From NCBI GenBank assembly GCA_000388065.2, contig KB932203.1: a DNA stretch of 64,000 nt; one strand, given 5' to 3'. The position numbers were made by a program, and so were the translations under genes. The number at the start of each line of letters is the position of its first letter. Positions within the stretch are counted from its first letter, which is position 1. The notes under the pieces were generated by a model. That model did no database searches. It was not told where the DNA came from and was given only the letters and a program-made list of their open reading frames with translations. This DNA is from Fonticula alba ATCC 38817 (Eukaryota; Protista; Nucleariida). Shown here piece by piece: positions 13,489-26,229 of this stretch.

Positions 13489-13653
13489 ATGAGTTTCCGT
13501 GGTGGATTCAACTCCCGTGGCGGTGCCCGCGGTGGCCGTGGCGGCTTCGGCGGCGGCCGTGGTGGCTACTCCGGTGGTCGCCCCGCTGATGGTCCCCCTG
13601 CTGAGATTGTCGGTGCGTCGTCCTTGGTCGCACACTTATCACCAGCCGTCCCA
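13489..13653 (+). CDS. GAR1: GAR1 first exon (MSFRGGFNSRGG...PAEIV), located downstream of the gene body; probably a misplaced contig
   Basis: The ATG at 13489 starts a clean version of the C-error-laden sequence at 11933-12030. A GTGCGT donor follows, then a gap. Confidence 0.75.
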
Positions 13654-13766
13654 NNNNNNNNNNNNNNNNNNNNNNNNNNNNNNNNNNNNNNNNNNNNNNN
13701 NNNNNNNNNNNNNNNNNNNNNNNNNNNNNNNNNNNNNNNNNNNNNNNNNNNNNNNNNNNNNNNNNN

Positions 13767-13937
13767 GCTCTTAAGGAAGAGGTGTTCATCCGTAGCGCCC
13801 ACAAAAGAAAACCCGAGCGACGACACGCATTTCATCATCCCCACATGCTATGTGCATCGCCTGGATTCGCGCGCGGGCCCTCTCCCCCCTGACAAATCCC
13901 CATTTCCATGCAAAAAAGACCGGGCGAGGGGGGGTAC
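13767..13937. repeat. Near-identical copy of 12986-13156 (GAR1 stop and 3' region)
   Basis: About 170 nt direct repeat, gctcttaaggaagagg...ggggggtac, with one or two differences. Confidence 0.9.
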
Positions 13938-14734
13938 TTGTCCTCTCCGTTCTGTCGATGATATCCCCCCCCCCGTTTTTCGCGGGGTGTCCTGCCTGCT
14001 TGTTGGTCCCCTTTCACCCCCCCTCCTCTCTGTGTATTAGCGCGCTCCCTCCAGAAGGGAGAGACGGGAATCCTCCCACACCCACACACGCACGCATCTG
14101 CCCAAGACGAACCTCCCCCCCCCCCACCCCCGCGAGGGAGAACCCGTTCCGGTGGCTGCCCCAATGTGCGATACCAGCCCCCTCCCCCCCTCCACCCTTG
14201 TGATATGAATAGCAACAATATTAGAAATGCAATGCTCTCCACTGGTTTGTCGTGCACGCCCATACGTCCACCGATTGGGAACTAGCCCCCACGCCGCTCC
14301 CTCTCCACCTCCTTTCCCTCATCAGCGTGGCGGCGCTCTTTTTCTGCCTCTCTTCTCCCCTCCTCAGCTGGTGGGGCGGCCGCGCGGTTGGCAATAACTC
14401 GGTCACATGATCTGGCCGATCGATCGAACAAACAATCCCCAACCGCTTGTTGTAGCCCCCGGCCGGGCTTGAAGGCCGCGATTCCGAACCGCACCCACCT
14501 GCGCAGGCAACAGCTTTGAGCACCTGGGGCGTCTGTCTGGAAGTTCTCGCCTGCCTGAACAAGACTCTCTCCCTCTCTCTCTCTCTCTCTCTCTGTCTCT
14601 CCCCCATCCCGCTGTCACCTTGTCCCCCTAGCCCCTACCCTGGCTGTCGATCCGCTCGATCACTCCCCCCCCCCCCCGCGCGTCGGCTGCCCAACTCTCC
14701 TGTACGATATATAGACTCGCGGCCCGAAGAAGCC

Positions 14735-16110
14735 ATGGCGGTGCAGCTCCTGTCGCTCCCGCGGCCAGGGGAGTCTCTCGCGGAGATGTCCGTGTCACCG
14801 GGTCTTGCCGTGGCCTGGGGCCTCTTCATTGGAGTGTCCTTTGTGGCCAGTTTCTTTTTCCTGCGCGTACCGCCGGCCGCTTCGCGCGATGACCCAACTG
14901 TCATCATGGCCCGCATCAAGGCGGTGTCCGCATCTATTGTCATCTCTCTGGTGCTGACGTATCTGCTGTTAAACTATCTTGGGGTCGAGGTACGATCATG
15001 GCGACTGCGAGGGGGAAGGGGGGAGGGAGGGACGCACTGGCGCCCTCCTCCCACTCCAGGACTCTGTGTATTTATCTCTCCCTTGCCCAAGTTCGCCCCG
15101 CCCTATGTGTGTGTATTGACATTTATCCCCCGGACACACACACACACACACACACACATGTGCATTTGTGCACATATGAAAAAACCATCAGGACCCCGCC
15201 GCATTGATGGGCTTCCGGTGGACCGGACTCGGCCTGGCGCTGGTGCTTCCCATCCCCCTGTTTATGTGCTTCTTCCTCGGATCGTTTGTCCTGGCCTACT
15301 TTGAGCTCGAGCTCCCGGGGCAGATGTACTTCAACTTTTCCCGTGACGTGGTCGCCCCTCTTTCTGAGCCGTCTGGGTGGCGCAATTGGATTTTCGTGCG
15401 CATACACCTGCTCGCCAGGCTGTTCGCAGATGCACACCATGCCGACCCCCGCGACTGACCTCCCGCCCCTTGCCCCCCCCCCCCCCTCCTTGCCTGGTCT
15501 CCCTCTCAGGCTCCCTTCGCAGAAGAGTTGGCCTTCCGCTCGTGCATCTTCCCGCTGATGTTCCTTTCTGGCTTTCGGTCGCCGTGGATTCACCTTCTGG
15601 TGAGTTTGTACTTTGGCGTGGCGCATCTGAACCATCTGCGGGACATTCGGGCGCGGAACATTGCCGCCAAGCATCCCCGGCCGACGGTGGCCGCCCTCGT
15701 GGTGGTGCTGGTGCAACTGGTATACACGTCCATCTTTGGCACCTTGGCCGCGTATATCTACTACCGCACTGGGCACATCCTGGCGGCCATCATGTCGCAC
15801 GTCGTGTGCAATGTCATGGGCTTCCCCAGCTTTGGCCAGATCCAGAACCACCCGAAGCAGGCCTGGCGTGCGTTCTCTCCCCTGCCGTGCCCCTCCATTT
15901 CCCTCGTCCCTCCCCCCCCCCCCCCCCCCCCCCTCTCTTCTTTTCTCATCCCTGCCACATGCGCCCGCTGCCTCCACTCACCAGGCCACCCGTCTGCCAT
16001 CAGTAATTTGGGCCTCCTTCGCCCTGGGGATTGGCATCTTCTGCCTTCTGCTTGGGCCTCTTACGGACCCGGTCCTCTTTGGAAATGGGGTTTTCTTCCA
16101 CCTTGCATGA
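14735..16110 (+). CDS. RCE1: CAAX prenyl protease 2 (Rce1, Abi/CPBP family)
   Basis: Motifs RDDPTVIMARI, WRNWIF...EELAFRSC, YFGVAHLNH, YTSIFG and SHVVCNVMGFP, with multiple TM helices. Confidence 0.9.
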
Positions 16111-16211
16111 GTTCCAAGGGCAAGGAGGGGGTCAATATACTCCCATCAAATGTGACCCTCCGGAGGGGCATTGCCAGACAGTGGCCTGAGGGGAGCGGAC
16201 TGAGGTATATC

Positions 16212-16247
<36 letters not shown>

Positions 16248-16289
16248 GCGCGCGCGCGCATATGACAAGATGAAGGCCGGGGGGGGGCC

Positions 16290-19034
16290 TCATCTCCCGA
16301 GGAAGGCAGCCCAGCCACGCGTGGCCGCCGGCTCCTGCGATGCGCGGGTAATCTGCACGCCAACAGTGGCACCGACGGACAGGCCCTCTCCGGCCGGCCG
16401 GGGGGTCTGGTAAAAGGCGGTCAGCGACCGGGCCCCAAGAGCCGCGGCGGACTTGGCCTTGCGGGCCGCAATGACCGGCTTAGGCATCGGAAAGGGACGG
16501 CCTCCGGGTGCATTAGTCGCGGCGGCGGTGGCCACTGTCGACAAATCGAAGAGGAACCCGGCGCGGGCCTGGCAATGGGCAGCCACACGGGACTCCGTCC
16601 AACTGACCTCGGACGCGGCTGGCCCCATGCTCCGTGTCATGGTGGACACGGTCTTCTCGGCGGTGGACCAGGAGAATCGCCCAGGCCCGGGCAGGACCAA
16701 AAGCGGGTCCGACACCAGCACCGGCTCCAGGGACGGGTCCCCGGCAAGGGGGGCGACATTCTTGGCATTGGCTGGTGGTTGGAGGATTTGAGCTGGCGAG
16801 GCGCGGCGCACACAGGCCAGCGAGTAGGCTGCCCCGTGGCCAGCACCCTCCAGGGCCTGGAGGTAGTGCCGGGTGATGGCATCGGTGGGGTAGCCAGAAC
16901 CAAAGCGCCTCAGCGGGTGGACTCGCACCCCGGGGGGAGGGTCAGTCACCGGCGTGGCCACGGTGTCGGCGGCGGTCGCCGCGTTGGCCGCGCCTATTTC
17001 CGCGTCTCCCGACGGGGCGGCTTCGATAGATCCCGAGCCATTGAATGTCGGCGCCATGCCAGTCACCGAGCCATCGGCCGGATGGAGGAAGGGAGCCCAT
17101 GTGGAGGAAAGCGCAGCAATGCCAGCCACAAAGAGGGGGGCCAAGTCCGTGCGCCAGTCCTCCGCATGCAGGGGAACCACCCGGCAGGCGGCCGACGAGA
17201 AGGCCAAAAAGTCCGGCACGGGAGTGCCGTCGGGCCGGGGCCGACCGAGCAGCCCGGCATTGGCCAGGCGCCGGAGAGCGCCATAGAAGGGACTTGTGGC
17301 TGGGTGGCCATCGGATTGGCCGGGGGGCTGCTCGGCCGGGCGCAGGTCGTGATAGGGCCAATGGGCCAAGGCATGATCGCGGATCTGCTTGGCTATGATG
17401 GACGCGGCGCCGGCCACACCGAAGTGGGCATCCGCATGCTCGGCCACCGTCAGCCGGCCGATGTGCACTGGGGACCTGCGCCGGGGCTGCCCAGACCCAG
17501 GGTCGAATCCAGGCCCGGCTCCGGCGCCCAGCCACCGCGCCCACAGGGACCCGGTGTCAAGGGCACTTGCGGGGCCAGTGCGCCCGGTGTCCGCCAGCCG
17601 GGCCAACACCCCGTGTGCGTACTTGACGCCGCCATCGGCACCCAGCGAATCGCACACCACCCGACGGATGTCGGCTCCGCGCTCAAGGGCAAAGTGCAAC
17701 ACCAGTCGGGCTACTGTTGCATGGGCCAAGGTGTCGATGGATTGCTCGCTGTGGCGCACCGCCGGGGAGGAGGGGAGGGGGGGGCGAGGTGGAGAGCAGG
17801 AGGGTACGCGCGATCAGTTTCCCCCCTTGCCCCGGAGGCCGAAGGTGATTGAGAGAGAGAGGCTGGGAGAGAGGGAGAGAGGGAGCGAGAGATGGAGAGA
17901 TGCATGGGTCGACGGAGGTGATAGGACGAACCGTCCGAGCATATAGTGACTAATCTCACCCGGGGAGAGAGAGATGGCCGCCCAGGCGGAGCCAGCCAGC
18001 TCCGGCGGGCCCCCGCTGGGGCGATCGTCCCGACAGGCGGGGCAGGGGGTCGGGGCATCCGCGGCACCGCCGACAACCCCATGGCAGACGTGTCGGCGGA
18101 TGCCTGGGCCCTCGGTGGCGTGGATGATGGAGGAGAAAAGGGCCAGGCGCATGGGGGCTGTGACGACCTTCGAGTCGCGGAAGCCAAAGTCCCGGAGGGT
18201 CTTGTCAGCGGCGACAAGGGCCTCGAGCTCCCGGTCAGAGCCTGGAGCCGGCCAGGACTGGGACAGGGTCTCGGGAGAGGTGGGCGAAAAGAGTGGCATC
18301 AGGTAGGCCGCGTAAACCATCGGGCCTGCTCGCCGGTTTTCCCGAGCAAGAATGGCGGCGTCAGGAGCGGGCCTCGCGCGGGGGAAGCATGGGGGAGGAA
18401 AGCCGACGGCAAAGGCGGGGACGCCTGGGGGGGGGGGGGGGGGGGGGGCGGGGGGAATACACCCGCCGGGGGGGGGCCGGGCCGAAAAGGAGCGGGAAAA
18501 AAGGCCAAGGGGGCTTGCCGGGTCCCCCCCTTGGCTTCGGCCCCCGGCCCCCACCCCCCTGCGCCCCTTTTGCCCCCTTGGGTCCCCCCCCCCCCCGGGG
18601 CTTGGGGCCCCGTTTTGGGGGGGGGGAAAGGGAGAGAGAGGGGGGGGGAGGGGGAGAGAGAGAGAGAAAACCTCGAGGAGGGGAAGCCATTGTTCTGGGT
18701 TGCATTGTGCGCTGTGATGACACACAGGCTCGGCGGCGGCGCGGCCAGNNNNNNNNNNGGGGGGGGGGGGGGGGGGGGGGCTTGGGCAGGAGCAACACGC
18801 ACCGAGGACAGGGCCACGACCGGCCTCATCGATCCCGACAAGGCAGGGCCCAAGGGCTGCAAGGTCGCCGGCTGCCGGGCCAGCGAGGCTGTCCTGGAGG
18901 GCCGTCCCCCCGGCGGCCGGGGCAGCGAAGCCGCGCGTGCTGGCCGCCAGGAAGGTGACGTGCGGCGTCAGGGGGTCCAGGAAGTAGAGATGGTCCTCCG
19001 ACGCAGGGGGCGGGGGCTTGGTGCGGGGCGGCAT
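16290..19034 (-). CDS. RNASEH2A: Ribonuclease H2 catalytic subunit A with long insertions
   Basis: GIDEAGRGPVLG|PMVY, FRDSK, VVCDSLG, HADAHF-VAGAASIIAKQIRD, FGSGYPTD and RFSWST appear in the expected order. Confidence 0.88.
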
Positions 19035-21401
19035 CTCCGACAGTGGGTGGAGGTGGGCAGTAGGGCAGGGCAGGGCAGGGGGGGGGAGATCGACGGTGTC
19101 ACGACCTGACCATGCCCCGGGCCGGCGGCGGGCATCTTTTCCATGATGTCCCCAGTCGCGCCCAGTGGGGATGCCCGTCTCGCGCACCCCCCGAGGGGCG
19201 GGAGAGGGGGGGGGCGGCCGGTCGGAGGCCGGAGAGCGGGATCTTGGCGCGTGCGTTCGATCTCTTGGCGGGAAAGTGCCAACGCTCTGAGGGCGTCCGA
19301 GGGAGCACCCAATACGGGTGGACAAAAATCCGGGTTCTCCCCAATCCTCCCCACAAATGGGAGATAAATAAAAAAGCAAGAATATACATGCTGCTGGTTG
19401 TGGCGGCGCGGGGGGCCTTTTTTCCAGTGCCCCACCGATGAGATAAAGAGGCTCCTCAAGCATGCCGGCCGGTTTGGGGCCAGCCACGCGTGGGTTTTTT
19501 CCTGGCACTTCTGAGGCTGGGCGGCGTACGTGGGTGTGCGCGCTCTCGTGCACAGCGCGTGCTGGCGGGATTCTGCTTCATGAGATCCGCACCCCAGGGC
19601 CGCGTTGAGGCGGGGCCGTGTTGACGACCCGTGCTCGCACACGGACCTCAGCACCGAGGGCGACATGGACCCGGAGGCCTTTTTTTCCGGGCGCCCGCCA
19701 GTCTCCGCTGGTGGCTCGCCTTCTTTCTGTGTGGTTGTCTGAGCGGCCGGTTCTCCCCCCCTCCCCGTCTTGGGGGGGACTACCAGGGGCAGAGGTCTCC
19801 GCGCGCGCGCGCGCGCCCCCCCCCCAGGCGGACTGTCCCCCTCGTCTGGGGCTCCATTGGTGGAGAGAGACCCGTGTGTCTTTGGTCTGCCGGCGGGTGT
19901 GCCGGGCGGGAGGCGCCTTTTCACGGCGGGGGCGCACTGTCGCGGACGGACGCCAGCGGGCAGACGGGCGCATGCCGGCGGAGGGAGGGCGGGATGGGGG
20001 GGAGAGACAGGAGAGGGAGAGGGCCACACAGGGGGAGGGGTGGTTGGGCCGGGTGGTGTGTGGGCGCCCTCCGCCCTTCCCGGCGCGCGGGGCGAGCGGG
20101 AATCGCCGAACGTGTGTCCCCCGGGGGCCGGCGGTGAACCCTGCGCGGGGCCCGGTGGGGGGGGGGGGGGGGGGGGGGGGGAAGGGGGGGGGGGGGGGGG
20201 CGGCAGGGGGGAGGGGGGGGGGGGGGGTAGGGAGGGGAGGGGGGGGGGGGGGGGGGGGGGAGGTGGGGGGGGCCTAGCAGATCCGCCCTCCCCCCAACAG
20301 CGTCCAAGGGCCGGAGGGCGGGGGGGGAGGGGGGGAACCCACGGCCATGCGAGGAGGACTGCGTTCTCCTGCCGCCGTGCAGGCTGCGGACCGTCGCCCG
20401 CCGTTCGTCGATGCCTCTCCCGGCGGTCGGCCGGTCGGTGCTCTAGCACTCTTTGAAAATTGACAGCCATTTGTCAGGCGCCTCCCTTCAACTCCCCTCG
20501 GAGAGAGTCGCTCTCTAACCTCGTTTACTGTTTTTTTTACATCAGAAACTCGAGGTCACGACACGTACGACCTCGCCTCCTCCCCGCTCCTCCTCCTCCT
20601 CCCCCCACCTTGCCGATGCCTCTGCCCTCCTTCTCTCCCTGCCCGTGGCTGCCGTGTCTCTGCGCGTCCTGCGCACGCCTCCCCGATGGCCGCCCCCTCG
20701 CTCCCTCTCTCTCGTTCTCGTGGAAATACTGCCTTCGCGCGCGCGCTCGTGCCAGCGCGCACGCACGCACGCACCCACATGCGCGTGCCTACGTGCCAGC
20801 CTCCTCTCTCTCTCTCTATGTCTCTCTCCCTCCTCTCCCGTGGCTGTCTGCCTGCATACGTATGGCTTTGGTCATGCGTGGATGTGTGCAACGTCTCGTC
20901 GGCGGGACCCCACCGGCCCTCGCACGCCTCGTAGGGCTGCCGGCTAGCGCGCGCGCACGCGTGTGTGGCATGGCGGGATTGCCGTGTCCTTCTCCCCCCC
21001 CGGGAGGGATGCCCGGTCGCGTGGTGGATCTCCTTCTGTGTGAGGACCCACGCCCGACGGCGCCGGCCAGGCCTGTCGGATGCACCTTTCCGGATCTGCA
21101 TCCGATGCGCGCTCGCGCGCCGTGCCCCGCGAGGGAGACATAGAGGAGGAGGAAGAGGACATCGCAGCACATGTGCATGTGCATGTGTGTGTGTGTCATG
21201 GCGGCGTCCACCACGAGGCGCAGAGTCGGTGTTCTCACCATCGGGCCCGAAGGGCCGCGCGCCCTCTCAGCTTATTTGCCGTTGGCTTTTGTCTAACCCC
21301 CCTGTGCCCCGCTGTCTCGCTCAACTGCCCTCCCTCCTTGTGGTTCGCTGTTCTCTCTTTCCTCCCCCCTTACGCGCATGCACGCCCGCCATCCCCGCAG
21401 A

Positions 21402-22485
21402 ATGTCTACTGCGTCGAAGATCGTCAAGGCCAACGGTGCCAAGCCCACCGAGTTCGAGGACCAGCTGGCCCTCCACCTCACCGGCATTGAGGGTAAGGTC
21501 CCTGAGCTCGCCGCCGAGCTCAAGTCCCTGCACTTCACCGCCGCCGAGGAGGTCCGTATCTCTTTTCGCTTGTTTTCCTCCCACTGCGCGGCCGAGGGGG
21601 GGAGAGGGGGGGAGAGGGGTCCAGCCGTCTCCGGGATGTGGAGAAGGCCGCTGCCGGGTCGCATGTCCACGTGCACGGGATGCTGGCCAGGCGATTCGCC
21701 CTTTACTGACCCCCACTGTCTCTCTGTCTCTCTCTTCGTTCGTTCGTTCGTTCGTTCGCTCTCTCGTGCTCTTTCGCCCGCTTCCCTCGCAGGTCGATGC
21801 TGGCAGCAACAAGCGCGCCATCGTCATCCGCGTCCCCGTCCCCCAGCTCAAGCGCTTCCAGAGCATCTCCAGCAACCTCACCCGTGAGCTTGAGAAGAAG
21901 TTCGCCGGCAAGCACGTCGTCATGATCGCCAACCGCCGCATTCTCCCCAAGGCCAGCCGCAAGCTTTCTCACAAGCAGCCCCGCCCCCAGTACGTTCTCG
22001 GGCTCGTTTTTTTCCCTCCGCTGTCGGCGCCCGCCGCCCCCTGGCTCCCTTCCCCCCCCCTCGCTTCTTCGCATCTCTGACCCCATGCCCGACTCTTCTT
22101 GCTCCCAGCTCCCGCACTCTCACCGCCGTCCACGATGCCATCCTCAACGACATCGTCTACCCCGCTGAGATCTCCGGCAAGCGTCTTCAGTACAAGACCA
22201 ACGGCAAGCGCCTCCTCAAGGTGTACGTATATACCTGCCTCCTCCCCCCTCTCCTCCCCCGTGTTCCCCCCTACTTTGCGTGTGTGTGTACTCTCTCTCT
22301 CTCTCTCTCTCCCCGCGCCTGACACCCTCTCTCCTCTTTTCTCCCCCCCTCCCCGATGGCGGGGCACGCGCAGCTTCCTCGACACCACCGAGGCCACCCA
22401 GCTCGACCACAAGCTCGAGACTTTCTCTGCCGTCTACAAGAAGATCACCGGCAAGGATGTCGTCTTCGAGTTCCGCAAGCAGTAA
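21402..22485 (+). CDS. RPS7: 40S ribosomal protein S7 (eS7), 4 coding exons plus a probable 5'UTR intron (~20565-21400)
   Basis: Motifs [34 protein letters not shown] and [21 protein letters not shown], with strong C-ending codon bias. Confidence 0.97.
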
Positions 22486-24988
22486 ATTCGCCCCCTCCCA
22501 GGCGCTCCTCTCTGTTAGCTGATCGAATGCCACCCCCTCCAACTTCTGTTCGTGCCCCCGTCGTCTGCTCGTAGAATCTTTCTTGGGTTTGTCGCGGTCA
22601 AGAATAGATTGTGTTTGAATACAGCAGCCAAACCTGGTCGGGTGTCCCCTGTGTGTTGTGTGTGATATCTTGTGTTGTCTTTACCTAGCGCGCATGGCCG
22701 GGGGGGGGGGCCGCGCCTCGTCTCTCCCTCCCTTTTTCTCGGGCGTGTGTATGTAGCTGCCAGTCGGTGCGGTGCGCGCGCCCCCGCTCTTCTGCTCGAC
22801 GCGGCACCGAGAGTGGTGTGAGGTGTGCAAGGGGGAGCAGACAGGGGGCCGGCCGGGTCTCGTTGCCTGCTTCCCCTGTTCTCGGGGGGGGAGGGCCGCG
22901 CGCCTAATGGCGGCCCTCCCTGCTCCTCCTCTCTTTCCGTCTCCACCACCGGAGACGCCGCAAGGCTTTTGGATGTGTGTTGTAGGGGTGTGCTTCGGGG
23001 GCCAGCAGAGCATAGGCTGGGCGTCGGTGGCAAGGCGCGTCGCGCTGAAAGACTGAAAAGTCAGCCCTAGAAAGGGAGCTACGCGCGCTCTGTGGCCCTC
23101 CTCAACCAAGTGAGGGAACTTCTCCGCTGGCCTGCCTTCCGCTGCCTGCTGCCTGCCCAGTGGCTCGGCGAGGGGGGTCTGGTGTCTTGGCCCGGCCCGG
23201 GGGGGGGGGGGGAGCACGTCGCTTGGGCCTTTGTCCTTTTGGGCGTGCAGCGCCTGTGCGGGGAGAGCCGGCGGCCATATCTGCGACTGCTCCTTAACCC
23301 ATAGCGGAGGGGACCACTACTTCCCAGGGGGCCCCCTGACCAGATGGACGCTCGGCGGGTGGGGGCGCGGCGGCCCGCACCGCCCTATAAACTGAGACCC
23401 TCGCACAGTTACAACCACACACGGCAACGATGCCCGTGGGCGGATGTGGCCTCGGCAAATGGTACCCCTTTTCCAAGCGAACACGGGCGCAGGACAAGCC
23501 AGCGAGCGGGCTGCACCCTTTTGCCAGATCCCCGGCAGGCCCTCGGGGGCAGAGGCACGGAGACGCGCGGCGCGGGCTGGGCCTGTTTCTGAGGGCCTCT
23601 CTCCCCCTCCCTCTCTCTGTCTGTCGCTCGGATCAGCCCGGGAACCCCCCCCCCCCCGAGAGCCGGCACCTTGGCAGTTGCCCGCCTGCGCATGCAAGTT
23701 GACGGGGCTTGCTGACCTACGGCTGCTCGGACTGAGGCAGCCCGTCGATAATCGCCCCGATCGAGCACCGCCTCGGAGCTGGCTCGAAAGCCGGCCGGCT
23801 ATATAGTTGTCAATGCGCGAGGCCCCCTCGGCTTCTTTCCTCCGTCTGTGGGACCGCTCAGAGCGCGGATTCCTGGCGCGGCCCACGGCCAAACTGGTCG
23901 CCTGACCCACTGGTAACTCGTGATGATGCCCCAAGAGAGCGCAACCCCATGATCCGGTTCTGGGCATGATCCCGCCCGGCCATGGGCTCCTCCCTCACAC
24001 GTCCAATGCGGCGAATATTCCGGCACCTCCATCCTCGAGAGACCCGCGGGAGCTGTTGACCGACGGATCGGAAACAGTCCAATCCGATCTCTACAAAGGC
24101 GCAGTTGCTGCCCCCGGCCCGCGATCCCGCATCGGCGCGAGATCTACCCCCNNNNNNNNNNNNNNNNNNNNNNNNNNNNNNNNNNNNNNNNNNNNNNNNN
24201 NNNNNNNNNNNNNNNNNNNNNNNNNNNNNNNNNNNNNNNNNNNNNNNNNNNNNNNNNNNNNNNNNNNNNNNNNNNNNNNNNNNNNNNNNNNNNNNNNNNN
24301 NNNNNNNNNNNNNNNNNNNNNNNNNNNNNNNNNNNNNNNNNNNNNNNNNNNNNNNNNNNNNNNNNNNNNNNNNNNNNNNNNNNNNNNNNNNNNNNNNNNN
24401 NNNNNNNNNNNNNNNNNNNNNNNNNNNNNNNNNNNNNNNNNNNNNNNNNNNNNNNNNNNNNNNNNNNNNNNNNNNNNNNNNNNNNNNNNNNNNNNNNNNN
24501 NNNNNNNNNNNNNNNNNNNNNNNNNNNNNNNNNNNNNNNNNNNNNNNNNNNNNNNNNNNNNNNNNNNNNNNNNNNNNNNNNNNNNNNNNNNNNNNNNNNN
24601 NNNNNNNNNNNNNNNNNNNNNNNNNNNNNNNNNNNNNNNNNNNNNNNNNNNNNNNNNNNNNNNNNNNNNNNNNNNNNNNNNNNNNNNNNNNNNNNNNNNN
24701 NNNNNNNNNNNNNNNNNNNNNNNNNNNNNNNNNNNNNNNNNNNNNNNNNNNNNNNNNNNNNNNNNNNNNNNNNNNNNNNNNNNNNNNNNNNNNNNNNNNN
24801 NNNNNNNNNNNNNNNNNNNNNNNNNNNNNNNNNNNNNNNNNNNNNNNNNNNNNNNNNNNNNNNNNNNNNNNNNNNNNNNNNNNNNNNNNNNNNNNNNNNN
24901 NNNNNNNNNNNNNNNNNNNNNNNNNNNNNNNNNNNNNNNNNNNNNNNNNNNNNNNNNNNNNNNNNNNNNNNNNNNNNNNNNNNNNNNN

Positions 24989-26044
24989 CGGTTCCTTCGG
25001 TCAATCTCCCCCCCGAGCAGGAGTACGTCATGCCCCCCCCCCCCCCCCCTTTACCCCACCTGCCTCAAGCTGCCTTTGTCCTCCCTCCCCCCTCACCCTC
25101 GTCTGGTCTGATCCTCTTCCCTCTCAACACAGACAGGCCGCTCACTCGATAGTGTGCGCATCGCTGGCCGTCTATGAATACCCATCCATGCGTTTGGCAT
25201 ACGAGGCCTCGCTGATGACCACGGTGGAGGTGGAATACATCCCCGGCTTCCTGGCCTTCCGCGAGAGCCCTCCCCTGCAGCAGCTCCTGGAGCATGTGCG
25301 CCAGAGCAGCCCGACCCACTTCCCTGATATGCTCCTGGTCGATGGGAATGGCCTGTTGCATGAGCGGTCATGTGGCCTGGCCTCCTACCTTGGCGTTCAA
25401 ATAGACCTCCCCGTACGTCCTCCCCCNNNNNNNNNNNNNNNNNNNNNNNNNNNNNNNNNNNNNNNNNNNNNNNNNNNNNNNNNNNNNNNNNNNNNNNNNN
25501 NNNNNNNNNNNNNNNNNNNNNNNNNNNNNNNNNNNNNNNCCTGCCAGCTGACATTCCCATGCTGATCCCGGTTCCCAGACCATCGGCGTGTCCAAAACCT
25601 TCTTCAAGCTGCCGGGAATCGAGGCCGAGGACGTGTCCAGCCGGGCGGCCGCGGAACTCACCCAGTCCGGGTCCTTCTTCGATCTGATCGACAGCTCAGG
25701 CAGGGTCAAGGGTCGCGTGCGCACCACCTCACCTTGCCGCCGCGCCACGCCCACCTCCTTGGCCACAGCTAACCCCTCCCCGCTCCTCGCAGGCTATGCG
25801 CGCAACGAAGAAGTCCTCCCGGCCGATCTTCGTGTCGGTTGGCCACCGGGTCAGCCTGGACACGGCCGTGCGAGTGGTTCACGGATCGTGCGAGTTCCGG
25901 CTGCCGGAGCCCATCCGCCACGCGGATCAGGTGTCTCGCACCCTGCTCAAGGCCTTCTGCCTCAATGCCTCGACCGGCCAGCGGCCGTGGTCCCTGGCCG
26001 GGGGCCCGGAGTTTTCGGAACGTGTCTTCCCCACTGCGAAGTAG
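24989..26044 (+). CDS. ENDOV: Endonuclease V, 3' exons
   Basis: Motifs YIPGFLAFRE, LLVDGNGLLH..CGLASYLGV, IGVSK, PIFVSVGH and RLPEPIRHADQVSR. Confidence 0.92.
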
Positions 26045-26229
26045 CACGCCTCCCCGTGAATACACTCACAACTATGCCTCATGGTCGAGCCACGTCGATA
26101 CACATGTGCACACTGGTGCATGTTCGCGCTGCTGGCGCACATATATTGTGTCATGCTGCCCCCCGGCGGCAGATCCGGGGCTACACACACACACACACAC
26201 GCACATACACACTCGTGCATGTGGCCGAA

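Noticed and set aside
19265-19283. GGAAAGTGCCA resembling a bacterial RNase P motif
   Set aside because: An isolated short match with none of the other RNase P/MRP conserved regions.
23919-23972. GTGATGA...ATGA as a C/D snoRNA
   Set aside because: No proper box D pairing or terminal stem, too short, and no recognisable guide target.
23966-24151. ORF MIPPGHG... as the EndoV N-terminus
   Set aside because: It has no EndoV features. The true N-terminal exons with the GGLD motif are at 28857-29260.
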